DNA of 57,324 nt, filler included, from Malassezia furfur (taxonomy: Eukaryota), in assembly GCA_052055015.1 (NCBI GenBank). It is 3 parts of 3 records of this genome, joined end to end, with 100 filler letters (N's around TTAATTAATTAA, not from the genome) between each part and the next. Parts side by side here need not be neighbours in the genome. Positions count along the whole stretch, not along the records: positions 19,287 to 38,338 come from JBQJIT010000197.1; positions 38,439 to 57,324 come from JBQJIT010000199.1; 1 more part is not named here. One strand, written 5' to 3'. How positions within the stretch are numbered: position 1 is the stretch's first letter; the number at the start of each line of letters is the position of its first letter. A program made the translations under genes and the position numbers. This document shows positions 35,454 through 47,037 of this stretch, piece by piece. The notes under the pieces were generated by a model. That model made no database searches and was not told the DNA's origin. It was given only the letters and a program-made list of their open reading frames with translations.

Positions 35454-36668
35454 TCAAGTCATCCGAACCTTGTTCGCGGCCGTTTCGTTCTGGGTCGCCG
35501 GCGTGGGCGGCGCTTCAATTGCGCGCGCTTTTGGCTGGGTACTTGCGCTCGGGCGGCTGTTCATGTCGACGACTTCGACATACGGCGACGGGAAATAGCC
35601 CATGCTGCCGTCGCGCTTGCGGCCCGTCCACCACATTCCCTCTTCTTTGGTATCCGGGTTGACCTTGGAGATCACTGCGACAATATCTCCCGGGTTCAGG
35701 CTCAACTCCATCGGGTTGGTGGCTTTGTATTCCCAGCGCGCGACAGCAAACGGCAGCTTGCTCGGATCGATCGCGCCGCCCTGCGCGTCCATGAGCTGCT
35801 TGAGGTTCATACCGGACTCGGACGCCTCTTTGGCGAGGCGCGCGCGTTCGGCCTCCTGCCGCGCGGTGATCACCTTGACGAGCTTGCCCATGAGGTAGGG
35901 CAGGCCAATCACCGCCAAGAAAAAGACAAACAGGGGCCGCTTGTTCGGTTTCGAGGCAGTCGCGCGACCGCCGCCATGGTTGCGGAAGTTGCGGAACTCG
36001 TCCGCGTCGATGCCCACGGGCCGCCGTCCGGTCATGCGCAGCAGCAGGTTTTTGGCATGGCGCCACAGCGCGAAGATGCTGAGCACTTGGCCGAGGTAGT
36101 TGCGCAGGTATGCAAACTGATCCGCGACTCCGACCATCGCAAAGAAGGATGAGTGCGTTGCCATAAATGTCGACTCGAGCATCTGGGCAAAACCGCCAAA
36201 CGCCGACACAATCGACGAGATCAGCTCAAATGTCGCCTGCGTGCCGCTCTCCATACGCTGGGTCAGCGACGGATCGCCAGGTTGGCCCATTCCGCCGTAG
36301 CCCATGCCGCCGTAGCCGCCCATGCCGCCATACCCCATACCACCGTAGCCGCCGTACCCCATACCGTAACCGCCCATGCCACCGTAGCCCATACCGCCGT
36401 ATGCGCCCATGCGATTGTATGGTGACGTGTAACTCGATCCATAGCCGCCGTAGCCGCCGTATCCCGAGCCGTAGCCTGCGCCGTAGCCGCCCATGTTGGA
36501 GCGGTAGGCGCTGTTGAGGGCCGAACCGTGGGGATCCGCGGCACCGGACGTTAGCGACGACGGGCGCTCGGGTACGGGAGGTGCCGCATCTGCACTAGTG
36601 CTGGGTGCACTGGACGGACCTGCATCGGTCCCCCCCGAGACCTCCCATGGCTTGGGAGGTGCAGGCAT
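35454..36668 (-). CDS. PEX13: Peroxin 13
   Basis: PPKPWE start, YG-rich region, FAQMLESTFMATHSSFFAM, C-terminal SH3 (WW.G....G..GYFP..YV). Confidence 0.93.
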   Translation of the reverse strand: MPAPPKPWEVSGGTDAGPSSAPSTSADAAPPVPERPSSLTSGAADPHGSALNSAYRSNMGGYGAGYGSGYGGYGGYGSSYTSPYNRMGAYGGMGYGGMGGYGMGYGGYGGMGYGGMGGYGGMGYGGMGQPGDPSLTQRMESGTQATFELISSIVSAFGGFAQMLESTFMATHSSFFAMVGVADQFAYLRNYLGQVLSIFALWRHAKNLLLRMTGRRPVGIDADEFRNFRNHGGGRATASKPNKRPLFVFFLAVIGLPYLMGKLVKVITARQEAERARLAKEASESGMNLKQLMDAQGGAIDPSKLPFAVARWEYKATNPMELSLNPGDIVAVISKVNPDTKEEGMWWTGRKRDGSMGYFPSPYVEVVDMNSRPSASTQPKARAIEAPPTPATQNETAANKVRMT

Positions 36669-36953
36669 GGCGAAAAGCACAATCCGGTCAGACACAAGCC
36701 GGGGGCGCGAAACCAAGGGGGCCACGTGGCCGACGGCGAACACGCCCCCGGGGTCGCGCTTTTTTTTTTTGGGCCGCCCTGGGTGGCGGCGGCGGCAGCA
36801 ATCAGCGTGTCGTGAGGCATGCCGCGGTGCAGCCCAAAGCGCTACATAGTCCCATCCCACTTCGTTCAGAGGCAACGCCTTTCATTTTCGTACACCACCG
36901 GATGTATGTAGCTACAAAGAATCACACATCATCCGGACCATGCGTGCGGCATT

Positions 36954-37663
36954 TTACTTCTGCCGGGACACAATCGCCTGGAGGCGGATGTTGTCCTCAA
37001 CACGGCCGTGGTTGTTCACGTACTTGAGGTAGCAGCCGTCCTTCATGATACGGTTGCTCTGGCGCGCCTCCATGTAGTCCTCACGGCTCATGTCCGTGAA
37101 GCCCCACTTCTTGGAGACAATGATCTTCTGGCGACCCGCGAACTTGTAACGCGAGCGGCGGAGGGCCTCGATGGCCACCGCGCGGTTCGCGTCACGGGTA
37201 CGGATCGACAGGAGCACCTGACCAATGTCCACACGGGCGACAAGACCGTAGGGCTTACCGAAGGCACCACGCATACCCGTCTGGAGACGGTCGGCACCAG
37301 CGCACGAAAGCATCTTGTTGATGCGGATGACGTGGTAGGGGTGCACACGCACACGCAGGTGGAACGAGTCCTTACCGGTGGTCTTGGTCATGTACTTGTT
37401 GGCACAGATACGCGAAGCCTCGAGAGCCTCCGACGTGATCTGCTGGTGCTCGTCACACACCAAGTGCACACAGAAGGGGAAGTCGTCCACGGAAGCCTTC
37501 TTGCGGCCCAGGTCGTAGATGCGGATCTTGGGGTCCGGCACACCACGGTTGTAGCGCGACTTGGGCTGCACAGGGGTTAGCGTCTGTTCTCCCACACGTC
37601 GCAAATACGTACGTAAGGCTTGTTCTTGCAGTAGCGGTAGCAACGTGCAGGGCGGCGTCCCAT
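36954..37663 (-). CDS. RPL10: 60S ribosomal protein uL16; 47-nt intron 37566-37612; 5'UTR intron 37664-37709
   Basis: Spliced N-terminus [59 protein letters not shown] motif. Confidence 0.96.
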
Positions 37664-37914
37664 CTGCGCGTGTTAGGATCGGGTCCACGGCGAACGCCAC
37701 CGTACGTACCTTGACTTCTGGCTCAGACGAGGGAGGGAGGAAACGGCGAGCGGCGGACGGCCGAGGGATCACGCACCGTTTCGCACGCCACATACAGTTC
37801 TTTGTAAAAACCACGTGAGCCGCCGCGCCACGGCCTCCACTTCCCCACGCGGGCCTGGGACACGCCAAGCCACGCGAGCTCTGCGCCGGGGCCTCCCAAA
37901 GATCGCGTGCATGC

Positions 37915-38338
37915 ATGGCGGTGCCGACGGACTCGCGCGGCGAGCGCGCCGCGACCGAGTCGCCGGACCAAGCGTCCCCGTCGTTTGATGGGTGCGACGC
38001 GGCCGCACCGCAGGCCACGGCGCCCTTCCTCACCAACGTCGAGAACCATCTCGGGCGCGTCACGCTCACGGCGCCGGACAACATGCGCCGGCGCCGGGGG
38101 CGCGACAGGCGGCAGGCGACCGACGCACGCCCGCCGCGCCTGCTCGTTTCGCAGCCGGGGCGCGCCGGCACGTCCGATCTGCACCGACTCGCGCGCGAGG
38201 CGCACATCCCCGCACGCCGCCCCGGGCCCTCTGCATCGCACACCACACGCACCCGCACGCGCGCACACCCACCAGGGCGCAGCGCCGCGCCGCGCGGCTC
38301 GGCCGCACGGCGTTCTGCGCGTGCAGAGGCGCCCCCAG
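37915..38338 (+). CDS. Possible 5' part of a hypothetical protein, truncated by contig end
   Basis: ATG-initiated open frame divergent from RPL10; no recognisable motif. Confidence 0.35.
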
Positions 38339-38438
38339 NNNNNNNNNNNNNNNNNNNNNNNNNNNNNNNNNNNNNNNNNNNNTTAATTAATTAANNNNNN
38401 NNNNNNNNNNNNNNNNNNNNNNNNNNNNNNNNNNNNNN
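38339..38438. other. Artificial contig linker (N44-TTAATTAATTAA-N44)
   Basis: Same spacer as 19187-19286. Confidence 0.97.
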
Positions 38439-38493
38439 TCCTAATCCTAATCCTAATCCTAATCCTAATCCTAATCCTAATCCTAATCCTAAT
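38439..38493 (-). repeat. Telomeric repeat (CCTAAT)9, i.e. (TTAGGA)n on the G-rich strand
   Basis: Perfect hexamer array at a contig start with the C-rich strand 5', followed by AT-rich sequence. Confidence 0.9.
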
Positions 38494-38934
38494 GAAGGTA
38501 TACGACTAAGTCTCTTCATATAGTCCCCTGATGCTCTTCTTGCATCATATTGCTTTAATCAATACATGTTTCAGGAACATATTCAACGCAGTGTTTTTTA
38601 CCCTTAGTGATGACGATGTTTTTGCTTAATTAAACCTTCACCCAATTTTTTTTTTTTTTTTTTTTTTTACTTTGAATGCTACTTTGAATGCTTTCTCTTG
38701 TTCCTAGGATGATATACTCAATGGTAATTACATGTAAGTGTATGAAGGGTCAGTTTGAAGGATTGAATCGGACTTTCAATACGCAACTCCACATCTGGTC
38801 CAACGTTGGCTTTCGCCAGTCTGTTAAATTAAATTGGCCCATTTTGAACAACCGGACGATGTGGAGTGATCAATGGACCTGCGAAAATGCATACATACTA
38901 AGACAACGACATTTCATGGAGTCGACTAATCGGG

Positions 38935-40743
38935 CTACATGTCTTTACACACGGTCGACGTAGCAATAATACCTTCCACAGTCTTGGCGATTGACAGAAT
39001 TTTTTCTTCCTGGAATCGTCGACCAACCATTTGTATACCGATAGGCATCCCCTCGTATTTCTCGGGCAAATCTGCATGAGCGTAGTACACATACACGCTT
39101 CATATACGGCCTTATCCATCTCACTGTTAAATTCACTTCGTTGCTCTTGAGGTAAAGCCTCTGCTGTCGCTAGAGGCATTGAAATACTGGTATATTGTAG
39201 CACATTCACGACAGCCGTATACCCTGGGTTAGAAGATTACGAACCGAGATAATTTGGACCACCACGGTCCCAGCTAACAGCTGCTGTGTTAGGCATTAGG
39301 AGAGCGTCCATAGATCTTTTGGCCTCAGTAACATTTGCTGTCGCATTCCATGCATGATCATATTCTCTCGTGTAGGCGACGCGATCGGCACTCATTTTCC
39401 AGACCTCTTCTGCACTCACGACCTTCCTGTCCCCCCGTGCTTTGCCCATAATTTCGGCCACTTCGTCAATGAGTGGCTCTCCTGATTCCTCGCAAAGTGA
39501 ATGAATTGCATTGCCGCCGCACTGCGTCATCGTCGACATCTGCATTAATACAGATCAACTCACCCATAGGTCGTTAGCTCTTTGATGTGAAGGGGGTTTG
39601 AACATAATCACTTCGTGACCGGCTTGACGAAGGGCATTCGCAATTTGTTCCAATGCGTTGCGAATTGGTGGTTGAGGAGACACATACCCATCATCAAGGA
39701 GTAGTCCAAAAACAAGTCGACTCGGTGCCTTGTAGGGCCTCCAAGGAAGCTCCACAACCTCGGGATCTATTTCCCACAACTTGGAATCCAACGCGATCTT
39801 GGTGAAAAGCTCCAGGCAAGCAAGAGTATTTCCCATTGGTCCTATCACCGATGGAATAGACAGTTGTCCGACGATCTGCGTTAGCATGAAATTTAGATCA
39901 TACCGTTCTTCGCTTTCCGCGGGGAGAGAAACGGCCCGGAGAGGCTTTCAATCCCCAAATACCATTAAGACTAGATGGAATACGAACAGAACCACCTGTA
40001 TAAGTGCTTCACATACCAATGTCTGTACCAACCCCCAGTAATGCTCCACGTTGCGCGAGCAGAGAACCTTCCCCCCCTGAGGAGCCACCAGCCGAACAGC
40101 ATCGATTGTATGGATTGCAGGTCCGTCCAATAATGTAGTTTACAGTTTCGATTGACTGCATAAGCCATGGACGTACCATTACGCTGGTTGGGACATTGGT
40201 TTTTACATGGAAAACTGCACCAGATGCTCGAAGAACTGGGACAATACCATCTTCGTCTTCCTTTTTTGCAGGACCATCGAGCCAGGCAACAAATCCAACA
40301 GACGTTTCATACCCTTCGACAAAAAATTGATCCTTCAAGGAAATGGGAACACCGTGAAGAGGGCCAATAGTCTTTCCCGTCCGTTGGAGGTGCTCATCCA
40401 GACGGTCAGCCTCGTTTAATGCAGATTCAAGCATAAATTCACACAAACAATTTGTCTAAATTAGTATTGTACTCACCAGCTGATGGGCAATCGCAGCACG
40501 GTGAGCGAATGACTCTGTCACCTTTCGTGAAGTAAGCTGTCCCGATGCAATGGCTGCGGCTAGAGGTTCAAGATCCATATCAGTTATACGCCGTTCCTCC
40601 TCACTGAGCTGACTGGCGACGTATTTGATGACATTAGGCAGGCTTTCAATGTTAGGTACATTCGTTAAGTGCCATTTCTTCGGTATCGCCTTCAGCACAC
40701 TTGCCCGTTTCACATTGGCGTGTAGCTCCCATTCTTTGCTCAT
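38935..40743 (-). CDS. Amidase-signature family enzyme (acetamidase/FAAH-like), 549 aa, 8 exons
   Basis: Introns 40456-40476, 40156-40176, 39996-40016, 39876-39903, 39540-39563, 39224-39244, 39072-39094. The spliced 1650-nt CDS has GPLHGVPISLKD, GGSSGGEG, GTDIGGSVRIP and GMPIGIQMVGRRFQEE. Confidence 0.9.
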
Positions 40744-40996
40744 GTTTGGGTCCATGCAATGGCTGCAAATTGAGATTTGTCTACATAGACTTGGTATCAA
40801 TAACCTTCAGCTGTTTAAAGACATCTCTACTTTTTATCAATAACATTTACTCCGACTCGGCATACAAGATAAGCTAACAATCACCATAGCTCTCGTTCTT
40901 GAAATAATTATTACATTAGATAAGCGGTGCTTCTCCGTGTAGGCTCTCGGACGGATTCACAATAACATATGCATTTGAGGCGCCGGGAACTAACGG

Positions 40997-42016
40997 TTAA
41001 GAACTAACCATTCTGAGTGGCTGAACGACAAGGCGGAACTTTCCTTGCTTGTCTGCCCGCATCCCTGCTTTCCGTTCCGCATTCAGCTCTGCAGTCCTCT
41101 GAGCCACAATTCGCTGTTTGTAGGCGTCAATTTCTTCTTGTCTCGTTTTAGCCGATGTTTCCGCTGGAGCAACTTTTTTAGACCCCGAAATCCTGAAAAT
41201 CCCGTGCAAAATACCCCTTGACCTTAGTTCAGGCACATCTGGAATATCAGAACCGTTAATTCGTAGTCCAATTTCCACGGGCGGTGCACCCAAATAGCTT
41301 CTGTCGCCAGGGAAAAATCCAGTGAGCCGCTGGTTCCCACATGCAACGAAAACATCCAGATTTCGAGGCATAAAAAAGTTGTGCTGATAGGTCTCGACGA
41401 GAGCAAGTACATCAGGTATATAGTCGTACTCTTTATAACGAAGAGACCACTTCGTAGATAAGTTACGTCCGTATACCGCGCCGATCGAGGCCATTAGTCC
41501 AAGAGCCGGGCTCGCCACCCAATAATCAACAGCTCGGAGAGCTCCTGCAACGCGCAAATTCAAGAGAAAGCGATCCCAGTCGACAGCACTCACATCGTGA
41601 TCGACCATTACTGGCCCCGGGTAACGCCGCTCAAAACCCCTGCCGATTCGACTTGAGTGTAATCCGGGGAGATAAAATGGTTTGAATGATGAATACGTGG
41701 GGCCTGCGACATTTTGTGGGGGAGCTGGACGTCGGAATGAAGCAGGAATCTCGTCCAAGGGCCTTCCGGGTTCGACATCTCTCGATGCGCGCATGTGCCC
41801 CATGAATGACCTTGAAGGAAGTACCGGTGGTGCAAATTTGTCCCGCTCAGTCGGAGACCAGTCCGGGCTGATGGGTACGAGGATAGATGGGCAACCTTTG
41901 ATCATACCTGAGGCGTGTTTTCCGTTTGTTTGATTGGTAGCTGCCTGTGTGACAGGCTTTGGCGATATTACCTCACCATCTAGGTGCTGAGTACTTTTGG
42001 TGGAACTATCCGCCAT
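40997..42016 (-). CDS. Hypothetical protein, 339 aa
   Basis: ATG-initiated long ORF in ~50% GC sequence; no function recognised. Confidence 0.75.
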   Translation of the reverse strand: MADSSTKSTQHLDGEVISPKPVTQAATNQTNGKHASGMIKGCPSILVPISPDWSPTERDKFAPPVLPSRSFMGHMRASRDVEPGRPLDEIPASFRRPAPPQNVAGPTYSSFKPFYLPGLHSSRIGRGFERRYPGPVMVDHDVSAVDWDRFLLNLRVAGALRAVDYWVASPALGLMASIGAVYGRNLSTKWSLRYKEYDYIPDVLALVETYQHNFFMPRNLDVFVACGNQRLTGFFPGDRSYLGAPPVEIGLRINGSDIPDVPELRSRGILHGIFRISGSKKVAPAETSAKTRQEEIDAYKQRIVAQRTAELNAERKAGMRADKQGKFRLVVQPLRMVSS

Positions 42017-42615
42017 GAATGTAACTATTGGAGTTACCCGCCTTCCGTCTGCTCACCCCCCACGAGTTCAAATGATAGAAGAGCGCATGATCTCTTATTG
42101 ATTAACCAGTGATATGTCGTTTGCGAAATCACGCAACACGCAATGGAGCATCGGCCAAGACTTAAAACTTAGGTGTGCACAGACAATGTAGTTCGGTTGA
42201 TTTCAGACGCTAAATTTAGGCATCGGCCTGGACCAGTGTCAGGCTCCACTTGCACAGTCAACAGAGAATTGCCATTCCTGAGCGAGGGCTCGGTTTTTAT
42301 GATGCCCAATAATCTGCGCGCGAGTGTGGGTCACATGTAAGCATTTGTCATCGCCGATCCTTTTGCTATACATATGATATCATATATCTCTGTTCTCCGC
42401 GCGCAGCTGCAGAACCAATCGCGACTGACGCCATTCCGACGACCGACGAAATTGATACGTATTTCTCGCGCGGCAACCCTAGCGTGTTTATTCGTAAAAC
42501 CCATACCCGTGGTCAAATTTGGTAGTCAAAGCAGATTCCTGCCCTCATAGGCCAGAAGTGCAAGCCAAGAGTCTTGGCGCTCTTGGGAATCAGAATCGCC
42601 CGTTGACAAGCCACC

Positions 42616-44593
42616 ATGTCGAATACCCACACTGGTGAGAATGTCGATCCAACGGCGAATGGTGCAGGCGAAACCATTGAGGTGCCTGGCACCCCAGAAA
42701 TGACGGTTGCTGACACGGGCAACGGTAACCTCGAGGTTCTGGAAGCGTCGCAGGGGCCGCCCAAGAGGGTGCCGAAGCCAACGAAGATTGATCTGCCTCC
42801 TTCGCAAGCCCAGGACGGCACTAATGCATCGGACAGGCCTCCGACCCCTAACTACACGTATGCAGAAGACCCCCAGGGACATCTGAATCCAATTTATGAG
42901 GGCAGCGGGCCGGGTTATGAGCCTGAGCCGAAAATGCGCCGAGAGAAGCGTCCCGACGGCAAGATTGAGCTGTCCGGTCGGATGGCTCCGAAGGTTGTCG
43001 GGTTTGACTGGCCAACCTGGAAGAAGTGGATGATTTTGTGTGTCGTTTTCATGGTGCAAGTCAGCATGAACTTCAACACTTCTGTGTACCCCAACGCGGT
43101 TGCGCTCATCCCTGAGGACGAGCGTTTCCGCGGTGTTAGTGAGCAGGGTGCTCGTGTGGGTCAGATGATTTTCCTGGTCGCCTATGCGTTCGGATCTGAG
43201 GTACGTGCTTATTCTGTGAAGAACAGGTGTATTAACACAATTAGCTTTGGGCGCCTTGGAGTGAGGAGCTCGGCCGCTGGCCTGTCATGCAGCTCTCACT
43301 GTTCCTTGTGAACTGCACGCAAGTGTGGGCAGGCTTTGCGCCCAACTTTGAGAATCTCATCGCAGCCCGTTTCTTCGGTGGTCTCTTCACGGCCGGTGGC
43401 AGTGTCACGCTCGGCATTGTTGCTGACTTGTTCGACGTCGATGACCAACAATATGCTATTGCTTTCATTGTACTGTCGTCCGTGGCTGGTACTTCCGTGG
43501 GCCCGCTCATTGGTGGCTTTATCTCGGGTGGTGTCAAGAGCGAAAAGAAGTACCTTACGGCTCTCTACTGGATCTTCTGGGTCCAGCTTATCTTTGGTGT
43601 TGTCACGCAGCTGGTCCACATGTTTGTTGTGCCTGAGACACGTGAGACGATCCTGTTGGACCGCGAGGCGAAGCGGCGCCGCAAGGCCGGTGAGACCAAC
43701 GTGTATGGTCCGAATGAGCTGGAGCACCACCGGTTCAGTCCGAAGAAGATTCTGATTACTTGGCTGCGTCCATTTGACATGCTTGTTCGTGAGCCCATCG
43801 TGCTCTCTCTTTCGCTGCTCAGTGGTGTAAGTCTTGGACTTTTTGGCGCGATACTAACTGTCAGTTCTCGGATGCGCTCATTTTCGTGTTCTCTGAGTCG
43901 TTCGAGACTGTGTTTGCCAAGTGGAACTTCACCACCATTGAGACTGGTCTTGCGTTCATCCCGATTAACCTCGGATACGTCTTTGGGTTCTTCTCCTTCT
44001 TCCCTACGATCCGGAACCAGCGCAGGATCCGCAAGGAATCGCCTGATGTTCTTACGCCGGAGATCCGTCTATGGTGGCTGCTGTGGACGGCGCCGCTGGA
44101 GCCCCTTGGCCTGTTTGGTTTCGCATGGACTTCCCTGGGTCCGCCTTACACCCACTGGATTGCGCCGATGATTTTCGAGGTTCTGATTGCAATTGCCAAC
44201 TATGCCATTTACATGGCCACGATTGACTATATGGTTGCTGCCTATGGTCCGTACTCTGCTTCGGCTACGGGTGGTAATGCGCTTGCCCGTGATTTCCTTG
44301 CTGGTATTTCTGCGATGTACTCGGTCCCTATGTACACCCAGATTGGCTCCAACGAGCATCTGCAGTCTGCCTGGGCGACCACTATCTTGGCCATTCTCGC
44401 CATCGTTGTTGTGCTTCCCGTGTTCCTTTTCTACTGGAAGGGTGAGCTGATTCGTTCTCGTTCTCCGTTCGCTCAAGACATCATGAAGGCGCGCAAGACG
44501 GACGACCCTGTGCTTGTGGAACCGCCGGAGCAGATGGACGAGGAGAAAATGATTCACCACCACAAGCACAATCAACAAGGAGACCATGAATAA
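42616..44593 (+). CDS. MFS transporter, DHA1 family; introns 43201-43244 (44 nt) and 43827-43864 (38 nt)
   Basis: WPTWKKW, LWAPWSEELGRWP, PETRETILL and YSASATGGN motifs; splicing joins three ORFs in frame. Confidence 0.9.
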
Positions 44594-45475
44594 TTGTTGA
44601 CAAACCGTTACTGAGTTTGCTCCCGATGGTCCGCACAGCATTAAAAATGCAAACCTGTCAAGGATACCAGGTTCTCTCTACTTGCATAATGAAATATATG
44701 GGGAATTTTTAGTCTCGTATAGATGGCAACAGAGTGTTCCTTTATTGGTCTGTGATTTAACTTGCTCCTTGTGTTGGCTCGCATCTTGTCGCGTATGAGG
44801 CCATGTATGCGTATCGAGCGAACAACAGTGCCATCATAATGACTAAAGTAAATGTAGACGAAATTACCCAAATTCAACCAATTTATCCGTAATGCGTGCA
44901 TAGGGGTGACAGACAAACACGGGTGGTGTGACTGCATGCTCTGGACCTTGCAAGGTTCAGTCGAAATGGACATGTAAATGGTACCTACACGTCACAGCAA
45001 CCCTCTTAAGTGTCTAAATTTTAGGTAGTAATCTAAACCGCATTTACTGGGCGAAGGCATAAACAGCCGTAAACAGATATGTGGGTCATGTTCTAACGTT
45101 TCGTGTCGGTCAGATGAACAAAGACCGGTAGCATGGCCTACCTAATCTGGGTCGATTTAGAGCATCAGCCTCTTTCACCTAGCCGGCAAACCAGGTACCT
45201 CCGCGGAGCAGACCTTGTCCAACCACTTTAATTAATGCATGGGCATGAGATTTGCAATGACGACATATGTGCCTGGGGGCGGCCTTCTCTAGCGAATACC
45301 TGGTAGAGCAGTCTCAGCCCCAAGGGCTGACCGCGAGGCAATCCTCCACACAGAACATGTGAAAAAGGACAATATCCCGTAGCCCCGCAATTTAAAACTG
45401 CCCTAATAGAGTGGCGATTGGCCTCGATCGTGTGTCTTCTGTCTAGGCGGAACCTTTGCCCGGCACTCTCCCGCC

Positions 45476-46514
45476 ATGTCTTCCAAATATGATGAGCGGC
45501 CCAGACCATATGCAGATGGCTGGAAATTTAAGGATCCTTCCGAGATGACCTATGCCCAGCGGCAGATCATCAAGAGGCAGATGTTGAACCCAAGTCCCAA
45601 AGAATACGATTATCCAAAGCCACAAGGCAAAGTCCCTGTCTTTCTGGAGCGGGACCAACACTTGCGCATCTTTCCCTTCGTGGTGCTTCCCATCGCAACG
45701 CGGTGGTTGTATATGTGGCTGACCGGGTGGACGGCTCATCCTGTGGCGGTCTATGTGCTGACCGTCGTGTTCAATGCAACATTTGTCAGACATTACTTCC
45801 AGCGACTGCGTGAATACACTCAGACCTACGGGTTCCTGGATGGCAATGTCGCTCGCGATGCGATTCCCGAATCGATGACCGGAAAACTCTATAAGGAAAT
45901 GATGACGGGTCTATTGGGCCGGCCTCTCATGGTCATGATGCTTGCGTATGATCGGCATGCTATGTCCAGGCTGGACTGGTGGCTCCCGCTGCAGATTGGT
46001 TTCTTCACTCTGATCGCCGACTTTGTCTATTACTGGGTGCATCGGGCGACGCACGAGGTTGCTGAGTTGTGGCACTTCCATCGGCGCCACCATACGACCA
46101 AACACCCCACCTCCTACCTTCTCGCCTTTGCAGACGAGCCGCAAGAAATCTTTGACGCGTTTGGCACACCCATTTTGGCCTATATGTTCTACCCGATCCA
46201 TTTCGATGCGCTGTACATCTGGGCCATGTACTTCCTGACGATTGAAATCATGGGCCACTCAGGGATCCGCATGTATTACCCTGCAGTGCTGGTACGTACG
46301 GTGTGACACTGACCGCGCACAGACCTCGAGTATTTTGCGCCCATTTGGTTGTGAAATTGTGATTGAGGATCACGACCTGCACCACCGGCACGGATGGCGT
46401 GAGAGCTACAACTACGGCAAGCAGTCGCTTCTGTGGGACGCATTATTCGGCACGAATGGCGATCGTTTCGAGACGCGCGTCGACAACATCGACTGGGACC
46501 ACCGCGTCAAGTAA
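45476..46514 (+). CDS. Fatty acid hydroxylase / sterol desaturase superfamily protein; 31-nt intron 46292-46322
   Basis: His boxes HRATH, HRRHH and HDLHH; NYG...LWDALFGT motif. Confidence 0.88.
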
Positions 46515-47037
46515 GGCCTGCGCTTGGCGCACGAGAGGCCGTGCCCCCACCAGGAGCAGGAGCACCTGTTTGGCCGGCCGCTGACCAATGGGATCGGCCG
46601 AGCCACACACGTGGCAGCCTGATGGTAGGGGCACAGCTCTGGCGATGGGCATATGCGCGCTCCCCCCTTTTCTAGCTCGCTGCCGCACTGGGCGGTCATG
46701 GGCTCTGCTGACTGTACATTGAAGCAAATCATGTCGACGGAAATTCTTGTAGATGATGAATAAAGCACGTGTGTATACTCTAATAAGTGTGTCGGTCTTC
46801 ATCAAGATCTACGTATACTGCTCTCATTGGCTCGAAGGAAGTGAGGGGTTGCCGACAGGAAACCACTCAGCGTCGTTCGAGCTTGGAGACGCGCGCCGGC
46901 ATGCAGGAACTATGCCTGCGAGGTTTTCTGTACTCCCTATCGCGCGTGGGCTAATGCGGTGGCAGGCACGGTCGGCCGCACATTAGTACGGCCAGGCCCC
47001 GACGTTTGTCTCTGTCCCAGCTACTGCGCGACTCGCC

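Noticed and set aside
38898..40800. Amidase as a fragmented pseudogene
   Set aside because: Every stop and frameshift falls inside a GT-AG segment with a branch-like motif, and the spliced CDS is intact.
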